In this document: positions 39,979 to 49,598 of the stretch, in pieces
Position numbering within the stretch: position 1 is the first letter of the stretch
How the letters are laid out: each line of letters starts with the position of its first letter
Source: Dehalococcoidia bacterium
Lineage (GTDB): Bacteria > Chloroflexota > Dehalococcoidia > Lucifugimonadales > UBA3495
NCBI GenBank assembly: GCA_965203975.1
Contig: CBDBDT010000001.1
Location: 712,029 to 776,028 of the forward strand
Direction of reading: 5' to 3'
Length of the DNA stretch: 64,000 nt
The notes under the pieces: generated by a model
Told to the model about the DNA's origin: nothing
The model's input: the letters and a program-made list of their open reading frames with translations, nothing else
Databases searched by the model: none
Position numbers and translations under genes: made by a program

Positions 39979-40464
39979 ATGCCCACATCCCTATTCCACA
40001 AAGCCGCCCCCAACACCCCACCCAGCCCCCAGGCCGCCCGGGAAGTCCGTCTCAACTCTCCCCTGCGCCAGGCCCGCACCTGCTACACTCACCTCGCCGG
40101 TCTCGCCGGAGTAACCCTCGCCGACGCCCTCCTGTCCCGCGGTTGGATCGAAGAAGCTGGCATTTCCCGCAGTCGCGTCGACTACCGCCTCACCCCGTCG
40201 GGGGAAAAGGCCCTTCTGGATCGCGGCGTTGTCATCCCCGTCCCATCCCGGACCCGCCGCTACGCCTACGGCTGCGTCGACTGGACTGAGCGCCGCTGCC
40301 ACCTCGCTGGAGCCCTTGGCGCTGCCATCCTGGAACGCCTTTTCGCCGGCGGAGTCGTTGCCCGCTTCCCCGAATCCCCCGGGACAACCCCTTCCAACCG
40401 CAACCGTCTCCGTGCCCTCAAGCTCCACCAACCCCTGGAAACCTGGCTGGACCTGCCCGTCTAG
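39979..40464 (+). CDS. putative winged-helix (ArsR-associated ARTCY..HLAG family) regulator
   Basis: ARTCYTHLAGLAGVTLADALLSRGWI ... CVDWTERRCHLAGALGAAILERL duplicated motif. No obvious RBS and no canonical N-terminal ArsR HTH. Confidence 0.45.
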   Translation: MPTSLFHKAAPNTPPSPQAAREVRLNSPLRQARTCYTHLAGLAGVTLADALLSRGWIEEAGISRSRVDYRLTPSGEKALLDRGVVIPVPSRTRRYAYGCVDWTERRCHLAGALGAAILERLFAGGVVARFPESPGTTPSNRNRLRALKLHQPLETWLDLPV

Positions 40465-40494
40465 CTTTCTGTACCCCCGACGTTTCCGCATCGG

Positions 40495-41985
40495 TTGAAT
40501 GAATTTTCCCCCCTCGGTTACAATACCTCCGCGTTGAACAACCTGAACACTAACCAGCACCCCCGGGGCGTCGTCCCCCAGGAATCCTGGCTGCGCACCC
40601 GCCAACTCCAGGATAAACTGCTGCGTCTCATCGGCAGCTACGGCTATACCTTCCTCGACCTGCCCATACTGGAGTCCACCGACCTTCTTCTGCGTAAATC
40701 CGGCGGAGACCTAGCCTCCCAGATTTACAGCTTCCTTGATCCCGCCGGCGCCTCCGTCAGCCTCCGCCCCGAGTTTACCTCCTCCCTGATGCAGCATTTC
40801 CTGGACCAGCCGGAACCCCGGGACGTGCCAACCCGTTGGCAGTACGCCGGCCCCGTCTTTCGCTTCGGCGGCCCCGGGGCGGACACCGATCCCCAGTTCA
40901 CCCAGATCGGGGCCGAACTCATTGGCGCTTCCGGCGTGCTCGCCGACGCCGAACTCGTAACCTTGGCTTCCGACCTGCTCCTGTCCCTTGGCATCCGGGA
41001 ATACGTCATTTCCCTCGCCGACCTCCAGGTCCTCACCAGTCTGCTGGAAGTCGTGCGGATCTCCGACCGCGCCCGTTCCTTCGTCGCCGCCAACATCCCC
41101 GCTATGCGTTCCGGCGAGGAATCCGTCGAGTCCTTGCTTGACCGCGCCATCACCCTGCACCTCGTCGGCCAGGGTGCCGCTGACCGTAACCTCGCCCCCG
41201 CCATCGCCGGATTGGATGACGACCAAGCCCGCTCCGTCCTTCACGGATTCCTGGGCTGGAGCGGTTCCGACCTCCTTCAGTTGGGCCAGCGCGACCCCGA
41301 TGAAGTCGTGGAGCGGCTCCTCCGCAAACTCCGCGGCAGCGACGACCCCGCCGAGCTGGAAAAGGCCCTCCACCTCGCCCACGCTCTCGCCAACGTCCGC
41401 GGCGAGCCCGCTTCCGCCGTGTCCCAGGCCCGACGGACCCTCTCCAGCGCCGGTGCCGACCCTGCCCCCTTGGACCGCCTCGAAGAGCTTGTCCGCCTTT
41501 TGACCGGACAACCTGCTCTTCGGGATTCCATCCAGCTCGACTTCGGACTCATGCGCGGCATCGCCTACTACAACGGAATCGTCTTCGAGGTCAGCCACCC
41601 CGCATCATCCGGTTCTCTCGGTGGCGGCGGGCGCTACGACTCCCTCGCCCTCGCCTTCGGCAATCCCGACCCGGTCCCGGCCCTCGGATTCGCCTGCAAC
41701 CTCAACGCTCTGCTGGAGCTTGCAGACGGCCTTTCTCCGGGTCTCGACCCCGGTGCCTCCTTCCTGGAATGGCCCGAGTCCGCCCTCATCGTTCCCAGCG
41801 GCCCTGGGGCCCGCCTTCCCGCCCTCGTCGCTGCTCAGGAATGGCGCCGGAAAGGCTCCCAGGCCCGCTTGGCGGTCCTGGAGACCCCCGCTGGTGCCGG
41901 CACGAACGTAGAGGCCCATCGAGGCGTTGACTCCGTTGTCACCGTCGACGTTAACGGCACTCAGACCGTCCGGTTGCTCCGGTAG
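40495..41985 (+). CDS. hisZ: ATP phosphoribosyltransferase regulatory subunit (HisRS paralog)
   Basis: Class-II HisRS-like core (SLRPEFTSSL, FTQIGAELIG, GGGGRYDSLALAFG) with the motif-2 arginines degraded. Lies immediately upstream of hisG. Has a C-terminal anticodon-domain-like extension. Confidence 0.72.
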   Translation: MNEFSPLGYNTSALNNLNTNQHPRGVVPQESWLRTRQLQDKLLRLIGSYGYTFLDLPILESTDLLLRKSGGDLASQIYSFLDPAGASVSLRPEFTSSLMQHFLDQPEPRDVPTRWQYAGPVFRFGGPGADTDPQFTQIGAELIGASGVLADAELVTLASDLLLSLGIREYVISLADLQVLTSLLEVVRISDRARSFVAANIPAMRSGEESVESLLDRAITLHLVGQGAADRNLAPAIAGLDDDQARSVLHGFLGWSGSDLLQLGQRDPDEVVERLLRKLRGSDDPAELEKALHLAHALANVRGEPASAVSQARRTLSSAGADPAPLDRLEELVRLLTGQPALRDSIQLDFGLMRGIAYYNGIVFEVSHPASSGSLGGGGRYDSLALAFGNPDPVPALGFACNLNALLELADGLSPGLDPGASFLEWPESALIVPSGPGARLPALVAAQEWRRKGSQARLAVLETPAGAGTNVEAHRGVDSVVTVDVNGTQTVRLLR

Positions 41986-42085
41986 TGATTGAGTTCCTTC
42001 GTTCCCGCCTAACCCCTTCCCTTGCCCTCTCGCCGGTGACGGGGTAGGATTAACCAGATCGTTTACGGCCCGTTTCCCCGTAGAA

Positions 42086-43126
42086 ATGTACGAAAACAAC
42101 GACAGCCACGACACTCTCCACCTCGTCCTGCCCAGCGACGGCGAGCTCTACGACTCGACCCTTGATTTCCTCAAGGACTGTGGCCTCGGAGTCCGCCGTC
42201 CCAGCGCTCGCCGCTATACCGCCTACGTTCCCGCCCTTCCTGGAATCGAGGTCCTTTTCCAGCGCACCGCAGACATAACCCGCAAGGTCGAGGAAGGCAG
42301 CGCCGAAATCGGTATCACTGGCCTAGACCGCTTGCTGGAGTACCGCAGCGACGAACACGCCGTAGTTCCCCTGGTCGAGGACCTCGGATACGGCCGCTGC
42401 GAGTTCGTCCTCGCCGTCCCCGACGCCTGGCTGGACGTGACTTCCGTTGATGACTTGGCGGACTTGGCCCTGGAATTCCACGAAAAGGGTTCCCGCCTCC
42501 GTATCGCCTCCAAGTACCCTCGTCTCCTCCGCCGGTACCTCTTCGACCGCGGCATCAACTACTTCACCATCGTTGCCGCCAGCGGAGCGTTGGAAGCAGC
42601 CCCCACCGCCGGATACGCTGACCTCATCGCCGACATCACCGCCACTGGCGCCACCCTTCGCGAAAACCGCCTCAAGACCCTGGAAGGAGGCACCGTCCTC
42701 AGTTCCCAGTCTTGCGTCATCGGAAACCCTGCCCAGTTGGCCCTTTCGCCGGCTCGTTCCCGCCTCGCTCGCCACTTGATCGAGTTGATCGAAGCCCACC
42801 TTCAGGCCGAGCCCTTCTACCGCCTTACCGCCAACGTCGTTGGGCCGTCGCCCGAGGCTGTCAGCTCCATCATCCTGGCCCGCCCCGAGGTTTCCGGATT
42901 GCGCGGCCCCACCGTCGCTCGCGTCTACAACATCGAGGAGGAGGACTGGTACAGCGTCAGCCTCCTCGTCCGCAAGGGCCAGTTGATGGAAGCCGTCGAC
43001 CACCTTCGCGACTGCGGCGGCGTGGACATTGCCGCCTCCCCGGTCAGCTACCTGTTCCGTGGCCAGTCCGAGGCCTACCGGAGTCTTCTCCACCTCAATG
43101 GCGCGGCAGCCCCGGTGGAACGCTGA
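42086..43126 (+). CDS. hisG: ATP phosphoribosyltransferase, long form with C-terminal regulatory domain
   Basis: LVLPSDGELYDSTLDFL, GALEAAPTAGYADLIADITATGATLRENRL, HisG_C-like tail (GPTVARVYN...WYSVSLLV). Confidence 0.85.
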   Translation: MYENNDSHDTLHLVLPSDGELYDSTLDFLKDCGLGVRRPSARRYTAYVPALPGIEVLFQRTADITRKVEEGSAEIGITGLDRLLEYRSDEHAVVPLVEDLGYGRCEFVLAVPDAWLDVTSVDDLADLALEFHEKGSRLRIASKYPRLLRRYLFDRGINYFTIVAASGALEAAPTAGYADLIADITATGATLRENRLKTLEGGTVLSSQSCVIGNPAQLALSPARSRLARHLIELIEAHLQAEPFYRLTANVVGPSPEAVSSIILARPEVSGLRGPTVARVYNIEEEDWYSVSLLVRKGQLMEAVDHLRDCGGVDIAASPVSYLFRGQSEAYRSLLHLNGAAAPVER

Positions 43127-43127
43127 C

Positions 43128-43886
43128 ATGCCCAACCTTCCCATGCACATCTTCCTCGCTTGCGAGGTCGCCCGCGAACTCGATTGGGGTTTCGTCAACG
43201 ACCACCTCGGCAGTTGCTTCCTCGGCTCCACCGCCCCCGACGTCCGCGCCATGACCAAGTGGGAACGGGAGCGGACCCATTTCGCCCCCCTCACCATCCG
43301 CGAGTCCGGGTCCGGCACTCGCCGCATGTTCGAGCTGAACCCCCAGCTCGCTGAGAATTCCAGCCAGTCTCCCGAGACCCGGTCCTTCCTCGTCGGCTAC
43401 GTCAGCCACCTCACCGCCGACGAGGTCTGGATTACCTCCATGTTTCACCCCCACTTCGGCGTCGAAACCCGCGTCACCGATACCCAGCTCGAGGCCCACA
43501 TCCTGGACCGTGCCCTCCAGCTTGACATGGACCGTGTGGTTCTCCAGGAAAATGGTGGATTGACCGTCCCCGCCGCCGAGTTGCCCGGCTCGGACTCTGC
43601 CGTTGACGTTGGCTTCATCGACCCCGAGGTTCTTCAGGAATGGCAGCAATGGGTCGCCCGCTTCCTTACCTGGGACTTTAGCTGGGAGCGCCTCAAGCGC
43701 GCCCTCAACCGCATGTACCGTGACAACGACGAAGTACAGGAAGCCGTCGACCACTTCCTCGCCTCCATGCCCGACAGCCTCGAGCGGGCCTACGAGAAAG
43801 TTCCCGATTGGGACGTCCAGGCCTTCCAGTCGCGCGTTGTCAGCGAGACCATCCAGCAAGCCAAGGAGTACCTGAGTGCAGCTTAA
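43128..43886 (+). CDS. zinc-dependent phospholipase-C-like metal hydrolase family protein embedded in the his operon
   Basis: ATG 1 nt after the hisG stop, and an 11-nt overlap with the hisD start. His/Asp motifs: PMHIFLA, GSTAPDV, RTHF, YVSHLTADE. Confidence 0.6.
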   Translation: MPNLPMHIFLACEVARELDWGFVNDHLGSCFLGSTAPDVRAMTKWERERTHFAPLTIRESGSGTRRMFELNPQLAENSSQSPETRSFLVGYVSHLTADEVWITSMFHPHFGVETRVTDTQLEAHILDRALQLDMDRVVLQENGGLTVPAAELPGSDSAVDVGFIDPEVLQEWQQWVARFLTWDFSWERLKRALNRMYRDNDEVQEAVDHFLASMPDSLERAYEKVPDWDVQAFQSRVVSETIQQAKEYLSAA

Positions 43887-45216
43887 CCTGGTTCGCGGAT
43901 TGATCGGGGCCGAGGAAGCCCTCACCCGTGTCGATCCCTTGGACCTCAGCGCGTTGCCCCCCGCCGTCGTCGCCAGGACCCGCGAGGTGTTCGGCGACGG
44001 CGTCACCCCTGAACAGTCCGTCGTCCGCATCATTGAGGACGTCCGCCGCGACGGCGACGCCGCCGTCCGCCACTACGCCCGCGTCTTGGATGGCGTCGAA
44101 CTCGCCAACCTCCGCATCGATCGTGAGGAAATCGCCGAAGCTCGCTCCGGCCTTTGCCGGGAGTTGGTCGAAGCCCTCGAAACCGCCGCCCAGCGCATCA
44201 CTGGGTTCCACCAGGCCACTCTTCCCCGTCACTGGGTCGACCTGGAACAGGGATTGGGCGAACTGGTCCGGCCTATCGAACGTGTCGGTCTCTACGCCCC
44301 CGGCGGAACCGCCGCTTATCCCTCCACCGTCCTGATGACCGCCATACCTGCCCGCGTCGCCGGCGTCAGCGAAATCGCCCTAACTACTCCCCGCCGCGAA
44401 GGACAACCTCTCAACCCCGCCGTGATGGCTGCCGCCGAAATCGCCGGGGTCGATGCCTTCTACCAAGTCGGAGGCGTCCCCGCCATCGCCGCCTTCGCCT
44501 ACGGCACCGAGTCTATCCCCAAGGTGGACAAAATCTGCGGCCCAGGCAACATTTTCGTCGCCTATGCCAAGAAGCTGGTCCAGGGCCGGGTCGACATCGA
44601 CGGCGTATTCGGCCCCACCGAGACCGTGGTCGTCGCCGATGAGACCGCCCACCCCGCCTTCTGCGCTGCCGATCTCATCGCCCAGGCCGAGCACGACCCC
44701 CTCGCCACCGCCATCCTCGTCACCAACTCCCCCGACCTCGTCCGCGGAGTGGAAGAGGAGCTCGGCCGCCTCCTCGCCAAAGCCTCCCGTGGTCAGATGG
44801 CCCGCGAAGCCCTGGAACGCCAGGGGAAGGTCGTCCTGGTCGACACCGTTGACGAAGCCGTCCAGCTCGCCAACGCCATCGCCCCCGAACACCTCTGCCT
44901 CATGGTCGACGACCCCTGGGCCTGGGCTGGCAAGGTAAACCACGCTGGCGGCCTCTTCCTCGGCGAGTTCTCCCCGGAGGTCATGGGAGACTACATCGCC
45001 GGACCCAGCCATGTCATGCCCACTGGCGGCACCGCGCGGTTCGGTTCCGCCCTCGGCGTCCACCAGTTCCTCCGCACCATGCCTGTCGTCGGCCTCAGCA
45101 AGGAGAGTTTCTCCCAGCTCGGCTCGGCTGCCGTAGCCATTGCCCAGGCCGAGGGCCTCTCCGGCCACTCCAGCGCCATCGAGGTCAGATTGGACTATCT
45201 AAAGGCTTCCTCATGA
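43876..45216 (+). CDS. hisD: histidinol dehydrogenase
   Basis: GTG start after AAGGAG. Full-length HisD: GLYAPGG, CGPGNIFV, AQAEHD, APEHL, GDYxAGPSHVMPT. Confidence 0.95.
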   Translation: MQLNLVRGLIGAEEALTRVDPLDLSALPPAVVARTREVFGDGVTPEQSVVRIIEDVRRDGDAAVRHYARVLDGVELANLRIDREEIAEARSGLCRELVEALETAAQRITGFHQATLPRHWVDLEQGLGELVRPIERVGLYAPGGTAAYPSTVLMTAIPARVAGVSEIALTTPRREGQPLNPAVMAAAEIAGVDAFYQVGGVPAIAAFAYGTESIPKVDKICGPGNIFVAYAKKLVQGRVDIDGVFGPTETVVVADETAHPAFCAADLIAQAEHDPLATAILVTNSPDLVRGVEEELGRLLAKASRGQMAREALERQGKVVLVDTVDEAVQLANAIAPEHLCLMVDDPWAWAGKVNHAGGLFLGEFSPEVMGDYIAGPSHVMPTGGTARFGSALGVHQFLRTMPVVGLSKESFSQLGSAAVAIAQAEGLSGHSSAIEVRLDYLKASS

Positions 45217-46304
45217 CTAGCGTTCAGGACCTGATCGTCCCCCACCTCCGCTCCCTCAACACCTACCAGGGCGTCGACCCCATGGAAGTCCTCGCCGAGC
45301 AGGCCGGGATCACCCCTGAGGATGTCATTCGCCTCAACGGCAACGAAAACCCCTACGGACCTTCCCCCAAGGTCACCGAGGCCCTCGGGAGGTTCCAGCA
45401 CTACAACCACTACCCCGACCCGGGCCAGCGCCGCCTTCGCGAGGCTCTGTCGGACTACCTCGAAGTGGATCCCGGCCGAATCGTCTGCGGCAACGGCAGC
45501 GACGAACTCATCGACATGCTCCTCCGCATGTTCGTCGGCCCCGGTGACAACGTCCTCCTGCCCACCCCCACCTTCGGGATGTATGCCTTCAACACCGAGG
45601 TTGTCGGAGGTGATCCTGTCTCCGTCCCCCGGGACGACAACTTCGAAATTGACCTCGAAGCTGTCCGTCTCGCCGTCACCCCCAACACCAAGGCCATCTT
45701 CCTGGCCTCTCCCAACAACCCCAGCGGCAATATCGCCACCCAGGCCCAGGTGCGGGGGCTGCTCGAAACCGGGGTCTTGGTCGTTGTCGACGAGGCCTAC
45801 TATGAGTTTTGCGGCGAATCCGTCCTCCCCATGGTGGAGGAATATCCCAACCTCGTCGTCCTTCGCACCTTCAGCAAATGGGCCGGACTGGCTGGCTTGC
45901 GGCTCGGGCTCGGCGTCATGGACCCCGCCGTCAGCCAGACCATGATGAGCATGAAGCCCCCATACAACGTCACCCTTCCCGCCGAGGTCGCCCTCCTTGC
46001 CTCCCTGGAAGACCGTCCTACCCTTATGTCCCGCGTCCAGTCCATTGTTCAGGAGCGGGACCGGATGATGTCCCTCCTCCAGCAGATCCCCGGGGTCCGC
46101 CCTTGGCCCTCCCGGGCCAACTTCATCCTCTGCGGGCTTCCCGAGGGGCGCGGCAAGGAGATATTCGAGGGACTCTGCCGCCGCGGCATCTTCCTCCGCT
46201 ACTTCGGCAACGCCCGCCTCCAGGACTACATCCGCATCAGCGTCGGCCTCCCCGGCGAAACCGACGCCGTCATCGCCGCCCTGACCGACCTCGTGGGAGC
46301 GTAA
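45213..46304 (+). CDS. hisC: histidinol-phosphate aminotransferase
   Basis: ATGA overlap with hisD. LNGNENPYGPSP, SPNNPSGN, RTFSKWAGLAGLRLG (PLP Lys). Confidence 0.93.
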   Translation: MTSVQDLIVPHLRSLNTYQGVDPMEVLAEQAGITPEDVIRLNGNENPYGPSPKVTEALGRFQHYNHYPDPGQRRLREALSDYLEVDPGRIVCGNGSDELIDMLLRMFVGPGDNVLLPTPTFGMYAFNTEVVGGDPVSVPRDDNFEIDLEAVRLAVTPNTKAIFLASPNNPSGNIATQAQVRGLLETGVLVVVDEAYYEFCGESVLPMVEEYPNLVVLRTFSKWAGLAGLRLGLGVMDPAVSQTMMSMKPPYNVTLPAEVALLASLEDRPTLMSRVQSIVQERDRMMSLLQQIPGVRPWPSRANFILCGLPEGRGKEIFEGLCRRGIFLRYFGNARLQDYIRISVGLPGETDAVIAALTDLVGA

Positions 46305-46307
46305 CCC

Positions 46308-46943
46308 ATGCAGGACAATCCCGCTTCCCTCGCCCTCAATGACGATCAGCCCCGCCGCGCGGAGCTTCAGCGCGCCACTGGAGAGACCCAGATTTCCCTG
46401 TCCGTCGATCTCGATGGCCAGGGCGTCTACCAGGTGGACACCGGCAACGGCTTCCTCGACCACATGGTCAGCCAGATTGCCCGCCATGGCCTCTTTGACA
46501 TAACCCTCCACGCCCAGGGCGACGTCCACGTCGGCTGGCATCATCTCGTCGAGGACACCGCCATCATGCTGGGCCGCGCCTTCCGCGAAGCCCTTGGCGA
46601 ACCCCGGGGCATCCGCCGCATGGGCCATGCCATCGTCCCCTTGGATGAGACCCTTGTCATGGTGGCCCTCGACTTCAGCGGCCGTGGCTATGCCGTCGTC
46701 GACACCACCCTCAACGACACCATGGTCGAGACCCTGTCCGGCGACCTCATCCAGCACTTCCTCGAGTCCTTCGCCATCGAGGCGCGCCTTAACCTCCACG
46801 CCCGGGTGATGACCGGCACCAGCCCCCACCACAAGGCCGAGGCTCTCTGCAAGGCCCTCGCCCGCGCCCTTCGTGACGCCGTCGAACCCGACCCCCGCGC
46901 TCCTGGGATGGTCCCCTCTACCAAGGACACCCTCGACGCCTGA
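46308..46943 (+). CDS. hisB: imidazoleglycerol-phosphate dehydratase (monofunctional)
   Basis: RATGETQISLSVDLDG, GFLDHM, HHLVEDTAI, HHKAEALCKALARAL. No HAD phosphatase domain. Confidence 0.93.
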   Translation: MQDNPASLALNDDQPRRAELQRATGETQISLSVDLDGQGVYQVDTGNGFLDHMVSQIARHGLFDITLHAQGDVHVGWHHLVEDTAIMLGRAFREALGEPRGIRRMGHAIVPLDETLVMVALDFSGRGYAVVDTTLNDTMVETLSGDLIQHFLESFAIEARLNLHARVMTGTSPHHKAEALCKALARALRDAVEPDPRAPGMVPSTKDTLDA

Positions 46944-46971
46944 CCCTTCCCCCCAACGTAACCCTCTGCCC

Positions 46972-47008
46972 CAAAAAAACCGCCCCCGCGTCTCACCGCG
47001 GGAGCGGT
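46972..47008 (-). terminator. intrinsic terminator between convergent hisB and a crotonase gene
   Basis: accgcccccgcg-tctcac-cgcgggagcggt (12-bp stem, one mismatch) flanked by A7 on the plus strand, which is a U7 tract for the minus-strand gene. Confidence 0.65.
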
Positions 47009-47035
47009 CTTGAAAAACCCTGTAACCGTCGAACC

Positions 47036-47824
47036 CTACTGCGCGTTCGACAACGGCCGCCCGCGCCGCGCAATGAACTCCGGGAAGGCTTCCTCCGCCC
47101 GCGCGCCCCGGGACACGTTGGTGGTGTAGTCCTTCTCCGCGGCCCACTGATCTTCCAGGTCCATCGTCATCTGCTTCAGCAGCAGTCGCTTTACCCCGAT
47201 CACCGAGTCCCGCCGGTTCTTGGCGATAGTGGTCGCGATTTCCATGGTCTTTTCCCTCAACTGCTCGCTCGGGACCAGGTGGTTCAGCAAGCCGATTCGG
47301 TACGCCTCCTCCGCTTCCACCACCCGCGCCGTGAACAGCAGTTCCTTGGCCATCGGCCAACCTACCTGGTTCGGCAGCGTCCAAGTGCTGTTGATTCTCC
47401 CGTAAGCCACCGCCAGGAACCGGAAGCTGGAGTTCTCGCAGCCAATGCGGAAGTCCAGGGAAGAGGACAGCACCGCCCCACCGCCGTAGGCCAGCCCATT
47501 GATCATCCCGATAATCGGCTTGTCGCAGGCGGCCAGTTCGTAGCTCCCCCGCGACCGCGCTTTGTTCCGTTCTTCCAGTTCTTCCCGCGTGTACTTGATG
47601 TCGTTCTCCCGTTGCTCGTGGATGTCCCCGCCCGCCGAGAAAGCCCGGTTCCCTGCGCCCGTCAACACAATGCACCCGACGTCGTCATTCTCGTTCAGCT
47701 CCCGGACCGCCTCCTGTAGCTCGGTGGATAGCTGATTGTTCATCGCATTGAGTTTTTCTGGCCGGTTCAGGGTAACGATCCCCACACCCTCCTCGATCTC
47801 CACGGTAATGAACTCTGGATTCAT
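47036..47824 (-). CDS. enoyl-CoA hydratase/isomerase (crotonase) family protein
   Basis: ATG 47824 (MNPEFITVEIEEGVGIVTLNRPEKLNAM), GAGNRAFSAGGDI, INGLAYGGGAVLSSSLDFR. The track ORF extension to 48163 looks non-coding. Confidence 0.85.
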   Translation of the reverse strand: MNPEFITVEIEEGVGIVTLNRPEKLNAMNNQLSTELQEAVRELNENDDVGCIVLTGAGNRAFSAGGDIHEQRENDIKYTREELEERNKARSRGSYELAACDKPIIGMINGLAYGGGAVLSSSLDFRIGCENSSFRFLAVAYGRINSTWTLPNQVGWPMAKELLFTARVVEAEEAYRIGLLNHLVPSEQLREKTMEIATTIAKNRRDSVIGVKRLLLKQMTMDLEDQWAAEKDYTTNVSRGARAEEAFPEFIARRGRPLSNAQ

Positions 47825-48154
47825 GGTCCTCTCCTCGGCGTCAAAATAAAGGGACTTGGCCCAATCCCTTCGGGCCCGTAACGGGTCCAACATAGCTCGG
47901 CCCATTGTATGTTCTCCCCCCAACACCGTCAAACCAACCTTTCCCTTCGGGATTGGGGTTCCCCCACCGATGACATTTCCCTGTTGGCAACTCTGCAAAC
48001 CCTTCTCTACAATAAGAGTGTGTCCAGGGTTAGCAACCGTCTCCGACACTCTGTTTGAATTAGCCCGGAATCTCCAACCTGTATCGGCCTTGCTCCAAGC
48101 AGGATCCGCCGTCGAACGAAACCAACACGGTACCCTCCAACTGAATCGGACGAA

Positions 48155-49552
48155 ATGGGACAAAATCGGACAGAAGAAAAACCTCTCGCTCTCCCCTTCC
48201 TGTTACCCTCTCCCTTTGCCATCCTGAGAGGCTTATCCATCGCCCTCTTCGTCTCCCTCATGGCCCTCGGATGGTTCGGCATCGCCTCCGCCCAGACCGC
48301 ATCGGATCATGCGGTCGTTGTTCGCGTTGACGGAGTGGTCAACTCCGTCAAGGAACGCCTCATCGACCGCACCTTGGAACAGGCTGCCGGAGAGAACGCC
48401 GCCCTCGTCGTCATCGAGTTGGACACCCCCGGTGGCCTTCTCGACTCCACCCGCCATATCGTCGCATCCCTCCTTGAGTCCCCGGTCCCCGTCGCCGTCT
48501 ATGTCTATCCTCGCGGCGCCCATGCCGGCTCGGCCGGAACATTCATCGCCGCCGCCGCCAACTTCGCCGCCATGGCTCCCGGGACCAACATAGGCGCTGC
48601 CACCCCTGTCTCCGGGTCCGGGGAGGAACTGCCCGAAACCCTCGCGGACAAGGTCACCAATGACGCCGCCGCCTTCATCCGCAGCATCGCCGAGGAACGC
48701 GGACGCAACGCCGACAAGCTCGAGGAGACCGTTGTCAGGGCCGCATCCTTCACTGCCTCCGAGGCCGTCGAACACAACGTCGTTAACTTCGTCGCCCGCG
48801 ACCTCGACTCCCTCCTGTCCCAGCTTGACGGCCAGACCGCCGAGACCCCTTCCGGTCCTGTCATTCTCCAGACCGCCGACCTGGATGTCCAGCGAGTGGA
48901 CAAGCGCATGTTGGACCACTTCCTCGAGTTCATTTCCAACCCCAACATTGCCTTTATACTCCTGACCATCGGGTTGGCCGGAATCACCATTGAGCTGTTC
49001 AATTTTGGCCTGGTCATTCCCGGCGTAATCGGCGTCACCTGCCTGCTCCTCGCCTTCCTCGCTTTCGGTAATCTCCCGGTCAACTGGGTCGGAGTGGCTT
49101 TCATCGTCCTGGCCGTCGTCCTGGTGGTCCTCGAAACCCAGGTCGCCGGGTGGGGTGCCCTCGGTGTGGGCGGCATCGTAAGTCTCGTCATCGGCGGACT
49201 GCTCCTCTTCGGCAACTTCGGTAACTTCGGGACCCCGGAAGTTACCGCCCCCGATATATCCGTCAGCCTATGGGTCCTGGCCGCCGTCGCCGGAGTCGCC
49301 CTCGTGTCTTTAGGTGTCCTGGTCTGGCTCATCCGCCTTTCCCGCAACAGCAGCCCGCCCCCCTCGGAATCTGAAACCCTGGTCGGCGAATCTGGACGCG
49401 TGACCACGGACCTCGACCCTCGCGGAGTTGTTGTCATCGGTGCCGGCTCATGGACAGCAATTAGCGAAGATGGTACGGTTATCGAATCAGGGGCACGCGT
49501 CCAGGTCGTTTCAGTGGACGGACTTACCCTTACCGTCGCCCGTATACCCTGA
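48155..49552 (+). CDS. NfeD-family membrane-bound ClpP-class serine protease
   Basis: Signal peptide, ClpP-like domain (ELDTPGGLLDSTRHI, GAHAGSAGTFIAAAANFAAMAPGTNIGAATP), multiple TM segments, and a C-terminal OB/NfeD domain. Confidence 0.8.
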   Translation: MGQNRTEEKPLALPFLLPSPFAILRGLSIALFVSLMALGWFGIASAQTASDHAVVVRVDGVVNSVKERLIDRTLEQAAGENAALVVIELDTPGGLLDSTRHIVASLLESPVPVAVYVYPRGAHAGSAGTFIAAAANFAAMAPGTNIGAATPVSGSGEELPETLADKVTNDAAAFIRSIAEERGRNADKLEETVVRAASFTASEAVEHNVVNFVARDLDSLLSQLDGQTAETPSGPVILQTADLDVQRVDKRMLDHFLEFISNPNIAFILLTIGLAGITIELFNFGLVIPGVIGVTCLLLAFLAFGNLPVNWVGVAFIVLAVVLVVLETQVAGWGALGVGGIVSLVIGGLLLFGNFGNFGTPEVTAPDISVSLWVLAAVAGVALVSLGVLVWLIRLSRNSSPPPSESETLVGESGRVTTDLDPRGVVVIGAGSWTAISEDGTVIESGARVQVVSVDGLTLTVARIP

Positions 49553-49598
49553 AGCTGGCAATCATCCCACCACCATCCTTGCCCACTAGGAGGCGCCA

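Noticed and set aside
45195-47675. 826-aa minus-strand ORF spanning hisC, hisB and part of the crotonase gene
   Set aside because: Low-complexity G/A/E/D/V-rich translation with no motifs. It overlaps three well-supported genes. This is a GC-driven open-frame artefact.
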